Positions 19,427 to 27,111 of a DNA stretch of 64,000 bases are shown here, one piece after another. The notes below the pieces were generated by a model. The model searched no databases and was not told the origin of the DNA. It was given only the letters and a program-made list of their open reading frames with translations. Within the stretch, counting starts at the first letter, position 1, and each line of letters opens with the position of its first letter. Where the stretch lies: the NCBI GenBank assembly GCA_038321865.1, contig JBBQFH010000006.1, positions 174-64,173 on the forward strand. The letters run 5' to 3'. The position numbers were made by a program, and so were the translations under genes. The DNA comes from Gemmatimonadales bacterium (GTDB lineage Bacteria; Gemmatimonadota; Gemmatimonadetes; Gemmatimonadales; GWC2-71-9).

Positions 19427-19627
19427 ATGACGAACAATCTGCCTGCAGTTCGGAATTCCAGCAGTCTCGTCGCGCCGGCCGGTGCCCATGGCCCGGTGGT
19501 GGCCCGCCGGTCGTCGGCCGTTCGCCAGCTCGCGCGCACGGCGCGCTCGGCTGCGGAGCTGGTGATGGTGGCGGCGGACGCCGTCGCCGACCGCGTGCTC
19601 GAGCTCGTCAGCGCACCGCGGCACTAG
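19427..19627 (+). CDS. Hypothetical small protein (66 aa)
   Basis: A GGAGA sequence lies 8 nt upstream of the ATG, and GC3 is high. Its stop overlaps the next gene's start by 1 nt. Confidence 0.4.
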   Translation: MTNNLPAVRNSSSLVAPAGAHGPVVARRSSAVRQLARTARSAAELVMVAADAVADRVLELVSAPRH

Positions 19628-19980
19628 TGGCCACCCTGGAAGCCCTGTTCCCGGAGCTGGCCGAGCTGGTTCGGAGGGATGCTCGCTCCCGCGGCTTCGC
19701 GGAAGCGCCCGAGCGGCCGGACGAAGCGGCCTTCGGCGGACGGGTGCTCCGGTGGAAGCGGGGAATGGAAGAGCTTCGGCTGCTCTGGGACGGACGGGAG
19801 CAGTGGATGAACTTTGAGTATCGGCCCGCACCCGATTATCCCGCCGCGCTCGAGTGGACGGGCACGCTGTCGGAGCGGTACACGGGACAGAACATCAGCG
19901 ACAGCGACGCCGCCCGTCTGCGAGAGGGGTTGACGGCGGCCGCCGCGGCCGTCTGGGCTCGGCGGCCCGAAAGGATCTGA
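19627..19980 (+). CDS. Hypothetical protein (117 aa)
   Basis: The GTG start is coupled to the upstream stop, and the sequence has good coding character. I recognised no family. Confidence 0.55.
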   Translation: MATLEALFPELAELVRRDARSRGFAEAPERPDEAAFGGRVLRWKRGMEELRLLWDGREQWMNFEYRPAPDYPAALEWTGTLSERYTGQNISDSDAARLREGLTAAAAAVWARRPERI

Positions 19981-19982
19981 AC

Positions 19983-20252
19983 GTGGATCGCCACGCACTG
20001 GCCCTGTTCATCCCGATCATCGCACTGATGATCCCGGTGGCGGCGATCGTGATGAGCGGCCTCACGAAACTCGCGCGCTACCGTGCCCTCGGCGCCAGCG
20101 ACGGCGGCGACACGGCCGGCCGGCTGGACGTGCTCGAGCAGGAGGTTATGACGCTTCGTCAGGAACTGGCGGACACGCAGGAACGCCTCGATTTTACCGA
20201 ACGGCTGCTCACCCGCGCCGATCAGCCTCAGGCGCCGCGACAGCTTCCCTGA
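19983..20252 (+). CDS. Small bitopic membrane protein with a C-terminal coiled coil (PspB-like architecture)
   Basis: The GTG start follows an AAAGGA site. It has the TM helix LALFIPIIALMIPVAAIVMSGL followed by LDVLEQEVMTLRQELADTQERLDFTERLL. The start was chosen inside ORF 19854-20252. Confidence 0.55.
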   Translation: MDRHALALFIPIIALMIPVAAIVMSGLTKLARYRALGASDGGDTAGRLDVLEQEVMTLRQELADTQERLDFTERLLTRADQPQAPRQLP

Positions 20253-20283
20253 CCCCGCGGAGCGCCCGCTGGATACCATATCA

Positions 20284-20772
20284 TTGATGGGAGGGCTGGG
20301 CGAGGTCGTGCTGCGCCTGATCGCGGCCATGCTCGTCGGATGCGCACTCGGCATCAATCGGGACCTGCGCGACAAGCCCGCCGGGCTTCGCACCCACGCG
20401 CTGGTGTCGCTCGGCGCTGCGCTCATCACCGTCGTCAGCGTGCAGCTTTCCTACTCAGCCGGCCACATGGACGGCAGCAGCGTCCTTCGCACGGTGCAGG
20501 GGGTCATCACCGGCATCGGCTTCCTCGGTGCCGGCGTGATTCTCCGCGACGGAACGACGCACAATGTCAGCGGCCTGACTACGGCCGCGTCAATCTGGAT
20601 CGCGGCGTGCCTGGGCGTCGCGTGCGGAGCCGGGCAGTGGCGCACCGCGACGATCAGTGTCGTGCTTACGCTGGCCGTGCTGATCCTGGGCGGCCCCTTG
20701 GAGCAGGCCATCCATGACCGCGTGCACCCGCACGACACCGGGCGAAGGCGCCGCGCCACGGATTCCAGCTGA
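20284..20772 (+). CDS. MgtC/SapB-family membrane protein
   Basis: The sequence RLIAAMLVGCALGINRDLRDKPAGLRTHALVSLGAAL...GVITGIGFLGAGVIL...GLTTAASIWIAACLGVACGAG is the diagnostic MgtC N-terminal domain. Confidence 0.9.
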   Translation: MMGGLGEVVLRLIAAMLVGCALGINRDLRDKPAGLRTHALVSLGAALITVVSVQLSYSAGHMDGSSVLRTVQGVITGIGFLGAGVILRDGTTHNVSGLTTAASIWIAACLGVACGAGQWRTATISVVLTLAVLILGGPLEQAIHDRVHPHDTGRRRRATDSS

Positions 20773-20793
20773 GAAACCGCCCATGGAACGAGG

Positions 20794-21171
20794 ATGCTTC
20801 CCCCTGCGGCCATGGGATCGGGGTCGGCGGGCCCCACAGCCGTGAATCGTGAGCTGATCTACGCGGTGGTACGCCGCATTCCGCGCGGCCGGGTGGCGAC
20901 CTACGGCCAGGTGGCCAGGCTGGCCGGATTCGCCCGGCACGCGCGCCAGGTGGGCTACGCGCTGAACCGCCTGCCGGATGACAGCGGCGTTCCCTGGCAT
21001 CGGGTGATCAATGCGCGGGGAGAGATTGCCAGCCGCGCGATGCCGGACGATGGCCGCTATCAGCGTATCCTGCTGCGGGGGGAAGGCCTGCGCTTCGACC
21101 CTGACGGACGCCTGCCGCTCGCGCGGTACCAGTGGAAAGATGGAACGCAAACCGAGGCCGAGGACCGATGA
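20794..21171 (+). CDS. Alkyltransferase-like protein (ATL/YbaZ type; MGMT DNA-binding domain without the catalytic Cys)
   Basis: The sequence VVRRIPRGRVATYGQVARLAG...ARQVGYALNRLP...VPWHRVIN shows the MGMT active-site PCHR replaced by PWHR (Trp codon TGG at 20995-20997), as in ATL proteins. Confidence 0.85.
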   Translation: MLPPAAMGSGSAGPTAVNRELIYAVVRRIPRGRVATYGQVARLAGFARHARQVGYALNRLPDDSGVPWHRVINARGEIASRAMPDDGRYQRILLRGEGLRFDPDGRLPLARYQWKDGTQTEAEDR

Positions 21172-21689
21172 TCAGCCGACCCGATCCACGCGAGCATCAC
21201 CCCTACTACGGCACGTACATCGCCGAAGCCGGCGAGGAAGACCCGGTCGCGACGATGCGCGCGCAACTCGAGAGCACATGCGCGCTGCTGGGTGCCGTCA
21301 GCGAGGAGAAGGCCGGTCATCGCTACGCACCGGACAAGTGGAGTGTACGCCAGGTCGTGGGCCACCTCGCCGATGCCGAGCGGATCTTCTCGTATCGCGC
21401 TCTTCGCTTCGCGCGGGGAGATACGACGCCGCTTCCCGGATTCGACGAGAACGAGTACGTGGCGACCGCCAACTTCGACACGCGGACGCTCGAGTCCCTG
21501 GTGAGCGAGTGGCGGGACGTCCGGCGCAGCTCGATCGCGCTTTTCGCCGGGCTTGCCCCCGAGACAGTGACCCGGCAGGGCATCGCCAGCAACGGCCCGA
21601 TGAGCGTCCGGGCGCTCGCGTACATCATTCCAGGTCATGTGAACCATCATGTTGCGGTCCTGCGTAGCCGCTACGGCATCGGGAGCTGA
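21168..21689 (+). CDS. DinB-superfamily protein
   Basis: It shows WSVRQVVGHLADAERIF and HVNHHVAVL (His-triad spacing of the DinB fold). The ATG at 21168 overlaps the ATL gene stop (ATGA). Confidence 0.85.
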   Translation: MISRPDPREHHPYYGTYIAEAGEEDPVATMRAQLESTCALLGAVSEEKAGHRYAPDKWSVRQVVGHLADAERIFSYRALRFARGDTTPLPGFDENEYVATANFDTRTLESLVSEWRDVRRSSIALFAGLAPETVTRQGIASNGPMSVRALAYIIPGHVNHHVAVLRSRYGIGS

Positions 21690-21692
21690 GAC

Positions 21693-22181
21693 ATGGCACG
21701 GCGCGTGGCTGGTACGGCGGCGGTGCTGCTCGCCGCAGCCTGCAGCGGGGAACCCGTCGCGGATGTTCCCAGCGGTCCATCGGTGCCGGCGGACACCCGA
21801 GCCGACCTGGTGCCCGCCGGCATCGACGCGCCTGCGACTGCGATCGCCGGCGATCTCTTCACGATGCATGTGGGTGTGCGGAACGCGGGGGCGCTCGACG
21901 TCGGACCGGGATGGATCGTGCGGGTGTATCTGTCCGCCGATGCGACGATCACGCCGTCCGACACACTGATCGACGAGTTCGTCACCTCGCGGGACCTCAA
22001 TGCCGGGCAGAGCGATTCGTACCTCCGCAACAAGAAGCTCTCGGCGCTGCTGCCGGCCGGCACCTACTTTCTCGGCTCGATTATTGACGCCACCGGTGTC
22101 GTAGACGAATCGCGCGAGACCAACAACGTGATGGCCGGTCCGCCGTCCGTTTCGCTGTCGGCCGCTCCGACGACCCAGTGA
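21693..22181 (+). CDS. Lipoprotein with a CARDB-like domain
   Basis: It has the lipobox AAVLLAAACSG. The pattern DL....I.AP.....G......V.N.G....G...V..YLS.D..I...D is typical of CARDB domains, and ETNN lies near the end. Confidence 0.7.
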   Translation: MARRVAGTAAVLLAAACSGEPVADVPSGPSVPADTRADLVPAGIDAPATAIAGDLFTMHVGVRNAGALDVGPGWIVRVYLSADATITPSDTLIDEFVTSRDLNAGQSDSYLRNKKLSALLPAGTYFLGSIIDATGVVDESRETNNVMAGPPSVSLSAAPTTQ

Positions 22182-22339
22182 CCAAACTGCTCGGCTTCGT
22201 CGGCGGAACGGCGGGCAGCGCGCTGGGCTGGTGGCTCGGCGCCCGAGTGGGCACCATGACCGCGTTCATGCTGAGCATCATCGGCACCGGCCTCGGCATC
22301 TATCTCGGGCGGCGCCTCGCCCAGGAGCTCAGCGAGTGA
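22178..22339 (+). CDS. Possible small membrane protein (53 aa, Gly-zipper-like), unannotated
   Basis: Hand translation gives VTKLLGFVGGTAGSALGWWLGARVGTMTAFMLSIIGTGLGIYLGRRLAQELSE. The GTG overlaps the upstream stop (GTGA), and GC3 is very high. Confidence 0.45.
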   Translation: MTKLLGFVGGTAGSALGWWLGARVGTMTAFMLSIIGTGLGIYLGRRLAQELSE

Positions 22340-22435
22340 CGGGCCCGCGCCGTACGGCGATGCAACCATCACGCTCGAGGGTGAGCAGCGGCCGCTCCGG
22401 TTCGAGCCGGCCGAGCACCGTTCACATGAGGTAAC

Positions 22436-22632
22436 ATGCCCGTCATCATCCGCACCGCCGGGCTGCTCGTCCTGTCCAATATCTTCATGACGTTCGCGTG
22501 GTACGCGCATCTGCCGTCTTCGTGCCGTTCGCGGTCCTGTACATGAAGCAGCCGCTGAAGCTCGACTACGTCTGGGCAGGGTGCTGCATTCTCGGCGCCG
22601 TGTACTTCGTGTTCCGCTCGCATCCAGCCTAA
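22436..22632 (+). pseudogene. DMT-superfamily DUF486 gene remnant with an internal out-of-frame deletion
   Basis: ATG 22436 encodes MPVIIRTAGLLVLSNIFMTFAWYAHL, the conserved DUF486 N-terminus. The frame then runs into a stop at 22544-22546. A different frame from 22513 encodes AVFVPFAVLYMKQPLKLDYVWAGCCILGAVYFVFRSHPA*, the family C-terminus. About 50 central residues are missing. Confidence 0.7.
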
Positions 22633-22636
22633 CCAC

Positions 22637-23194
22637 TTGCGAGGCGATCCAGTGGCGACCGATCTCCGCTATCCCATCGGGCCGTTCGCTTACGACGGCA
22701 TGACCACGGCGGAGAGCCGGCGCGAGCGCATCGAGCAGGTCGCCCGGGCGCCCGCCGCGTTCCGCTCGGCCATCTCGGGGCTCAGCGAAACCCAGCTCGA
22801 CACGCCATACCGGCCGGGGGGCTGGACGATCCGGCAGCTGATCCATCACATTCCCGACAGCCACCTGAACGCCTACACCCGCTTCAAGCTCGGCCTGACC
22901 GAGACGAATCCGACGATCCGCCCGTACGACGAAGCGCGCTGGGCGGAGCTGCCCGACGCGCGATCCGCACCGGCCGAGATGTCGCTGCGCCTGCTCGACG
23001 CGCTGCATGAGCGCTGGACCCTCATGCTCCGCTCGCTCGACGGCAGCGAGCTCGAACGGACGATTTTCCACCCGGAGCGCAATGCGACCATGACGCTGGA
23101 CGAGGTGCTCGCGCTCTATGCATGGCACGGCCGCCACCACGTGGCGCATGTGACGGCGCTCGCCGAGCGCGAGGGCTGGACGGCCGGGCGATGA
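22637..23194 (+). CDS. YfiT/DinB-family metal-dependent hydrolase (bacillithiol-transferase-like fold)
   Basis: The sequence is close to B. subtilis YfiT as I recall it: LRYPIGPF, QLDTPYRPGGWTIRQLIHHIPDSHLNAYTRFKL, IRPYDEARWAEL and LYAWHGRHHVAHV. The start is TTG 22637 or GTG 22652. Confidence 0.85.
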   Translation: MRGDPVATDLRYPIGPFAYDGMTTAESRRERIEQVARAPAAFRSAISGLSETQLDTPYRPGGWTIRQLIHHIPDSHLNAYTRFKLGLTETNPTIRPYDEARWAELPDARSAPAEMSLRLLDALHERWTLMLRSLDGSELERTIFHPERNATMTLDEVLALYAWHGRHHVAHVTALAEREGWTAGR

Positions 23195-23799
23195 AGGTGG
23201 TCCTGGGGCTGGCCCTCGGGCTGGCCGCCTGCGGCTCGCATGCCGGCGAGGACCGCGTCATCGTGCCCGGTCAGCGGGTCGGCGCCATCACCCGCACCAC
23301 CGGCATGGCCGACCTGCGGCGCATCTACGGCCCGACCAACGTCGTCGTCACAGAAGTGGAGATCGGGGAAGGGGAGACGGCACCGGGCGCGGTAGTCTTC
23401 CCCGACGATTCGCTGCGGCGAGTGGAGGTCGGCTGGCACGACTCGACCGCACGGGTTCCACGGTTCGTCGTGGTGCGCGGCGCTCGGAGCGCGTGGCACA
23501 CCGACGCCGGCGTCACACTCGGAACCGGGCTCACCCGGCTGACCCAGCTCAACGGCCGCGGGTTCGTGCTGCTGGGATTCGGCTGGGACTACGCCGGCAC
23601 CGTCGTCTCCTGGAACGATGGCGCGCTCGGGGTCCACGACAGCAGCCACACCCGCTTTATCGTCCGGCTCGCGCCGACTGCCGCCGGCGCCGACTCGCTT
23701 CAGCGCGGCGCGCTGGGAGACCGGGAGTACCGCTCCGATCAGGCCGGAATGGCGGCGCTGGCGCCGGCGGTGTACGAGCTCCTCACGACGTTCGAGTAG
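23191..23799 (+). CDS. Hypothetical lipoprotein
   Basis: The internal ATG gives MKVVLGLALGLAACGS (lipobox) and overlaps the YfiT stop (ATGA). Confidence 0.65.
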   Translation: MKVVLGLALGLAACGSHAGEDRVIVPGQRVGAITRTTGMADLRRIYGPTNVVVTEVEIGEGETAPGAVVFPDDSLRRVEVGWHDSTARVPRFVVVRGARSAWHTDAGVTLGTGLTRLTQLNGRGFVLLGFGWDYAGTVVSWNDGALGVHDSSHTRFIVRLAPTAAGADSLQRGALGDREYRSDQAGMAALAPAVYELLTTFE

Positions 23800-23821
23800 C
23801 GCCGCCCGGACGCGAGGCGAT

Positions 23822-25765
23822 ATGCGCGAACCCACTCCGAGTCTCGATCCAGCCCGGCGAGCGACGCTCACGAGCGCCGCCCACACGTTCGTCCCGGCCG
23901 GCGGAATCCCGGGCGTTCCCGCCGCGATGGAAGCCGCGATCGGCCAGCTGAGTCCCCGGCAACACGCCGAGGTGATGCAGCTGCTGGATCTCCTGGAGCA
24001 ACCGCTGCTGATGCTGGTGCTCTGCCGGCGGGCGCGGGCGTTTACCGCACTCGCGCCGGGAGAACGGGAACGCGCGCTTCTGGCGATGGCCCGGAGCGCG
24101 GTGCCTCAGCTCCGGAGCGGATTCCAGGCGCTCAAGCGGCTCGCGACGTTTCTCGCCTACGCGGACCCCGGGCCGACCGGCGAGAACCCGCTGTGGCGGG
24201 CGGCAGGTTATGAACCGTCCAGGAATCCTCCGGCTGTCGGAGCCCCGGTCACACTCACGACGATCACCCGCGCGACGAGCCTCGAGGCCGATGTGTGCGT
24301 CATCGGCTCGGGGGCGGGCGGCAGCGTCGCCGCGGCCGAACTGGCCCGCGGCGGACGCCGGGTGGTGGTGCTCGAGGCGGGCGGCGGCTGGCAGGCGCCA
24401 GAGTTCGATCAGCGCGAGCTGCCGGGAATGGAGCGTCTGTACCTGGATCGTGGCACGACGGCAACGCGTGATCTGTCCATCGCGGTGTTGGCGGGCGGAG
24501 CGCTGGGTGGCGGCACCACGGTCAACTGGCAGACCTCGCTCCGCACGCCCGATACCGTTCGGCAGCAATGGGCCGAGTTGTCAGGGTGCCCGCATTTCGT
24601 CGAGGACTCCTTCTCCCGTGCACTCGACGCGGTGAGCGAGCGGATCTCCGTTGGAACATCGGAAAGCGTCGTCAACGCGAACAATGACGCGCTCCGCCGC
24701 GGCTGCCAGGCGCTCGGCTACCGGCATGTCACCATCGCCCGTAATTCGCGCGGGTGCGATTCGCGGCAGTGCGGCTACTGCGTCTACGGCTGCCGACATG
24801 GCGGCAAGCAGTCCGCCGCCGCCACATTTCTCGTCGACGCGCAGCGCACGGGCGACACGGTCGTCATTCCCGGCTGCCGCGCCGACCGCATCCGGGTGAG
24901 TGCCGGGCGGGTGAACGCGGTCATCGCCGAAGCGACCGATTCCGCGACGGGCACACGGCACGCGGTCGAGATCCGGACACCGATCGTCGTCGTTGCGGGC
25001 GGGTCGATCGAATCGCCGGCGCTGCTGCTTCGCTCGGGGCTGACGCTCCCCGCGATCGGACGCAACCTGCTGCTTCACCCGACGACTGCGGTTGCCGGGG
25101 ACTACGATGAGCCGATCCAGCCGTGGAGCGGTCCGCCGCAGACCATCCTGTGCGATGAGTTCTCCGACCTTGAGGGTGGTTACGGCTTCCGGGTCGAGAC
25201 GGCGCCTCTGCATCCCGGCCTCCTGGCGATCGCGGCGCCCTGGCATGGTGCCGCGGACCACGCGCGCCGGATGACGCGGGCATCCCACACTGCGGCGTTC
25301 ATCGTGCTGACGCGGGACCGCTCGAGCGGGCGGGTGACGATCGGGCGGGATGGCCGGGCGGTGATCGACTATCGCCCGGGCGCGCGCGAGCTCGCGCACC
25401 TGCGCCGCGGGATGGTCGAAGCCGCGCGCATTCACCTCGCAGCCGGGGCGCGCGAGGTCGTCACCCTGCATGCGCGGCCACGCGCCTGCACCGCGGACGG
25501 TGACGTGACCGGGTTTCTCGACCGGATCCGTCGCGAGCGGTTCGACCGGAACCGGGGCGGACTGTTCAGCGCGCACCAGATGGGCACCTGCCGCACCGGC
25601 ACGAGCCGGCGAGATGCCGTCTGTGATGCGGACGGCGAGGTGTTCGGCGTCCGCGGGCTGTTCGTCGCCGACGCGAGTGCCTTTCCGGCTTCGTCGGGCG
25701 TCAATCCCATGCTCACGATCATGGCGCTGGCCCATCACACGGCCGGGCGGATCGCCGCCCGCTGA
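23822..25765 (+). CDS. GMC-family FAD oxidoreductase (long-chain alcohol oxidase-like, with an N-terminal extension)
   Basis: It carries the FAD motif DVCVIGSGAGGSVAAAELA and GMC C-terminal motifs (HQMGTCRTG and GLFVADASAFPASSGVNPMLTIMA). The start was chosen at ATG 23822 inside ORF 23618-25765. Confidence 0.9.
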   Translation: MREPTPSLDPARRATLTSAAHTFVPAGGIPGVPAAMEAAIGQLSPRQHAEVMQLLDLLEQPLLMLVLCRRARAFTALAPGERERALLAMARSAVPQLRSGFQALKRLATFLAYADPGPTGENPLWRAAGYEPSRNPPAVGAPVTLTTITRATSLEADVCVIGSGAGGSVAAAELARGGRRVVVLEAGGGWQAPEFDQRELPGMERLYLDRGTTATRDLSIAVLAGGALGGGTTVNWQTSLRTPDTVRQQWAELSGCPHFVEDSFSRALDAVSERISVGTSESVVNANNDALRRGCQALGYRHVTIARNSRGCDSRQCGYCVYGCRHGGKQSAAATFLVDAQRTGDTVVIPGCRADRIRVSAGRVNAVIAEATDSATGTRHAVEIRTPIVVVAGGSIESPALLLRSGLTLPAIGRNLLLHPTTAVAGDYDEPIQPWSGPPQTILCDEFSDLEGGYGFRVETAPLHPGLLAIAAPWHGAADHARRMTRASHTAAFIVLTRDRSSGRVTIGRDGRAVIDYRPGARELAHLRRGMVEAARIHLAAGAREVVTLHARPRACTADGDVTGFLDRIRRERFDRNRGGLFSAHQMGTCRTGTSRRDAVCDADGEVFGVRGLFVADASAFPASSGVNPMLTIMALAHHTAGRIAAR

Positions 25766-25830
25766 GCGGACTGCCAGCGCACCCCCCATCAGCGCATATT
25801 CTTCGTGAACGCATTCCGCCGGAGGCCCAG

Positions 25831-26106
25831 TTGGTCACTGCAATCATTCTACTGAGCATCGAACGCGGCCAGGTCAATCCGGTCGCCGAGGCGCTGATCG
25901 ACCTGCCGGGAGTGGCCGAGGTCTACTCGGTCGCCGGCCGCTATGATCTGGCGGTGGTGGTGCGAGTATCGGCCAACGAGCAGCTCGCCGACCTGGTCAC
26001 CCAGCACATGGTCAACCTGAAGGGAATCCTCCAGACGGAGACCCTGATCGCCTTCCGCACCTTCTCCCGCCATGATGTCGAGGCAGGATTCTCGCTCGGC
26101 GGTTGA
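25831..26106 (+). CDS. Stand-alone Lrp/AsnC ligand-binding (RAM) domain protein, no HTH
   Basis: This 91-aa protein reads AIILLSIERGQVNPVAEALIDLPGVAEVYSVAGRYDLAVVVRV...L..FV...I..L.GI..TET. The TTG start follows a GGAGG site. Confidence 0.8.
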   Translation: MVTAIILLSIERGQVNPVAEALIDLPGVAEVYSVAGRYDLAVVVRVSANEQLADLVTQHMVNLKGILQTETLIAFRTFSRHDVEAGFSLGG

Positions 26107-26137
26107 CGCATCGTTCATCAGCTATCCGGAGATTTCC

Positions 26138-26452
26138 ATGCCGTTCGAGCAGTACCACGAGCCAGCCTCCGAGCTGTCGCAGAAAACGCGCACCTTCGCC
26201 CGCATGTGCGCATCGCTGATCGAGGAGGCCGAGGCGATCGGCTGGTACGAGCAGCGCATGTCGCTCGAGAAGGACCGGACCGCCCGCGCGATCATGAAGA
26301 ACGCGCAAAAGGAGGAATTCAAGCACTTCGGAATGGACCTCGAGTTCCTGCTGCGGGCGAAGCCGGAGTGGCGTACCATCCTGCAGGGGATCCTGTTCAC
26401 GACCGGCAGCATCGTCGAGGCCGGCGAAGAAGCCGAGGAAGCGGCGGACTGA
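26138..26452 (+). CDS. Encapsulated-ferritin (EncFtn)-like ferritin-fold protein lacking a cargo-loading peptide
   Basis: The sequence HEPASELSQKTRTFARMCASLIEEAEAIGWYEQR...KNAQKEEFKHFGMDLEFLLR...ILFTTGSI aligns to EncFtn proteins as I recall them (LHEPAELLSEE...IEELEAVDWYQQR...NEEVEHAMMTLEWIRR...YLFTERPI). The Glu/Glu-x-x-His iron ligands are kept. The C-terminus is acidic (VEAGEEAEEAAD). The start is ATG 26138, after a GGAGA site. Confidence 0.8.
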   Translation: MPFEQYHEPASELSQKTRTFARMCASLIEEAEAIGWYEQRMSLEKDRTARAIMKNAQKEEFKHFGMDLEFLLRAKPEWRTILQGILFTTGSIVEAGEEAEEAAD

Positions 26453-26455
26453 CCG

Positions 26456-27109
26456 GTGACGTCAGGGAACGCGCCGAGGCCGCTTCGGCAACGCCCGCTG
26501 ATCATCGCCGTCGTGGGCGGCACCGGATCGGGCAAGACGACGGTGGCGCGTGCGATTCACGAGTCGCTGGGGGTGGAAGCCGTGCTGCTCGATCAGGACG
26601 CGTACTACCGCGACCTCGATCATCTGCCGCTGGAGGAGCGCCGCCGCGTCAACTTCGATCACCCGGACTCGATCGACACCGATCTGCTCGTGGCGCAGCT
26701 GGAACAGCTCGCAGCGGGGGAGGGAATCGACAAGCCGACCTACGATTTCGCAGCGCATACGCGAGCCCCCGGGCGGCTCCGCGTCGAGCCGCGCGAGGTG
26801 ATCATCGTCGAGGGCATCCTGCTCCTGTGCGACGCCCGCCTGCGAGCGTTGTTCGACATCAAGATCTTCGTGGACGTCAGCGACGACGTGCGGTTCATTC
26901 GCCGCCTGCTGCGCGACACGCGGGAGCGCGGCCGGACCATGGAGACCGTGATCGATCAGTACCTGGCGACGGTGCGGCCGATGCATCTGGAGTTCGTCGA
27001 GCCGTCCAAGCGCTACGCCGACGTCATCCTGCCCGAGGGTGGATTCAACCGGATCGGCATCGAGATGGTACAGGCCCGGGTGGACTGGGAATTGAGGCGC
27101 CGCCGCTGA
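26456..27109 (+). CDS. udk: Uridine kinase
   Basis: It has the P-loop IIAVVGGTGSGKTT plus NFDHPDSID, YDF and IIVEGIL, which are typical Udk motifs. Confidence 0.92.
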   Translation: MTSGNAPRPLRQRPLIIAVVGGTGSGKTTVARAIHESLGVEAVLLDQDAYYRDLDHLPLEERRRVNFDHPDSIDTDLLVAQLEQLAAGEGIDKPTYDFAAHTRAPGRLRVEPREVIIVEGILLLCDARLRALFDIKIFVDVSDDVRFIRRLLRDTRERGRTMETVIDQYLATVRPMHLEFVEPSKRYADVILPEGGFNRIGIEMVQARVDWELRRRR

Positions 27110-27111
27110 CG

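Noticed and set aside
26380-26452. The TTGSIV sequence near the C-terminus of the EncFtn-like protein might be an encapsulin cargo-loading peptide (compare the TVGSL/GSLGIGSL motifs).
   Set aside because: It aligns with the conserved LFTxGPI segment that belongs to the ferritin fold of EncFtn proteins, not to the C-terminal targeting peptide. No linker or GSL-type motif follows it.
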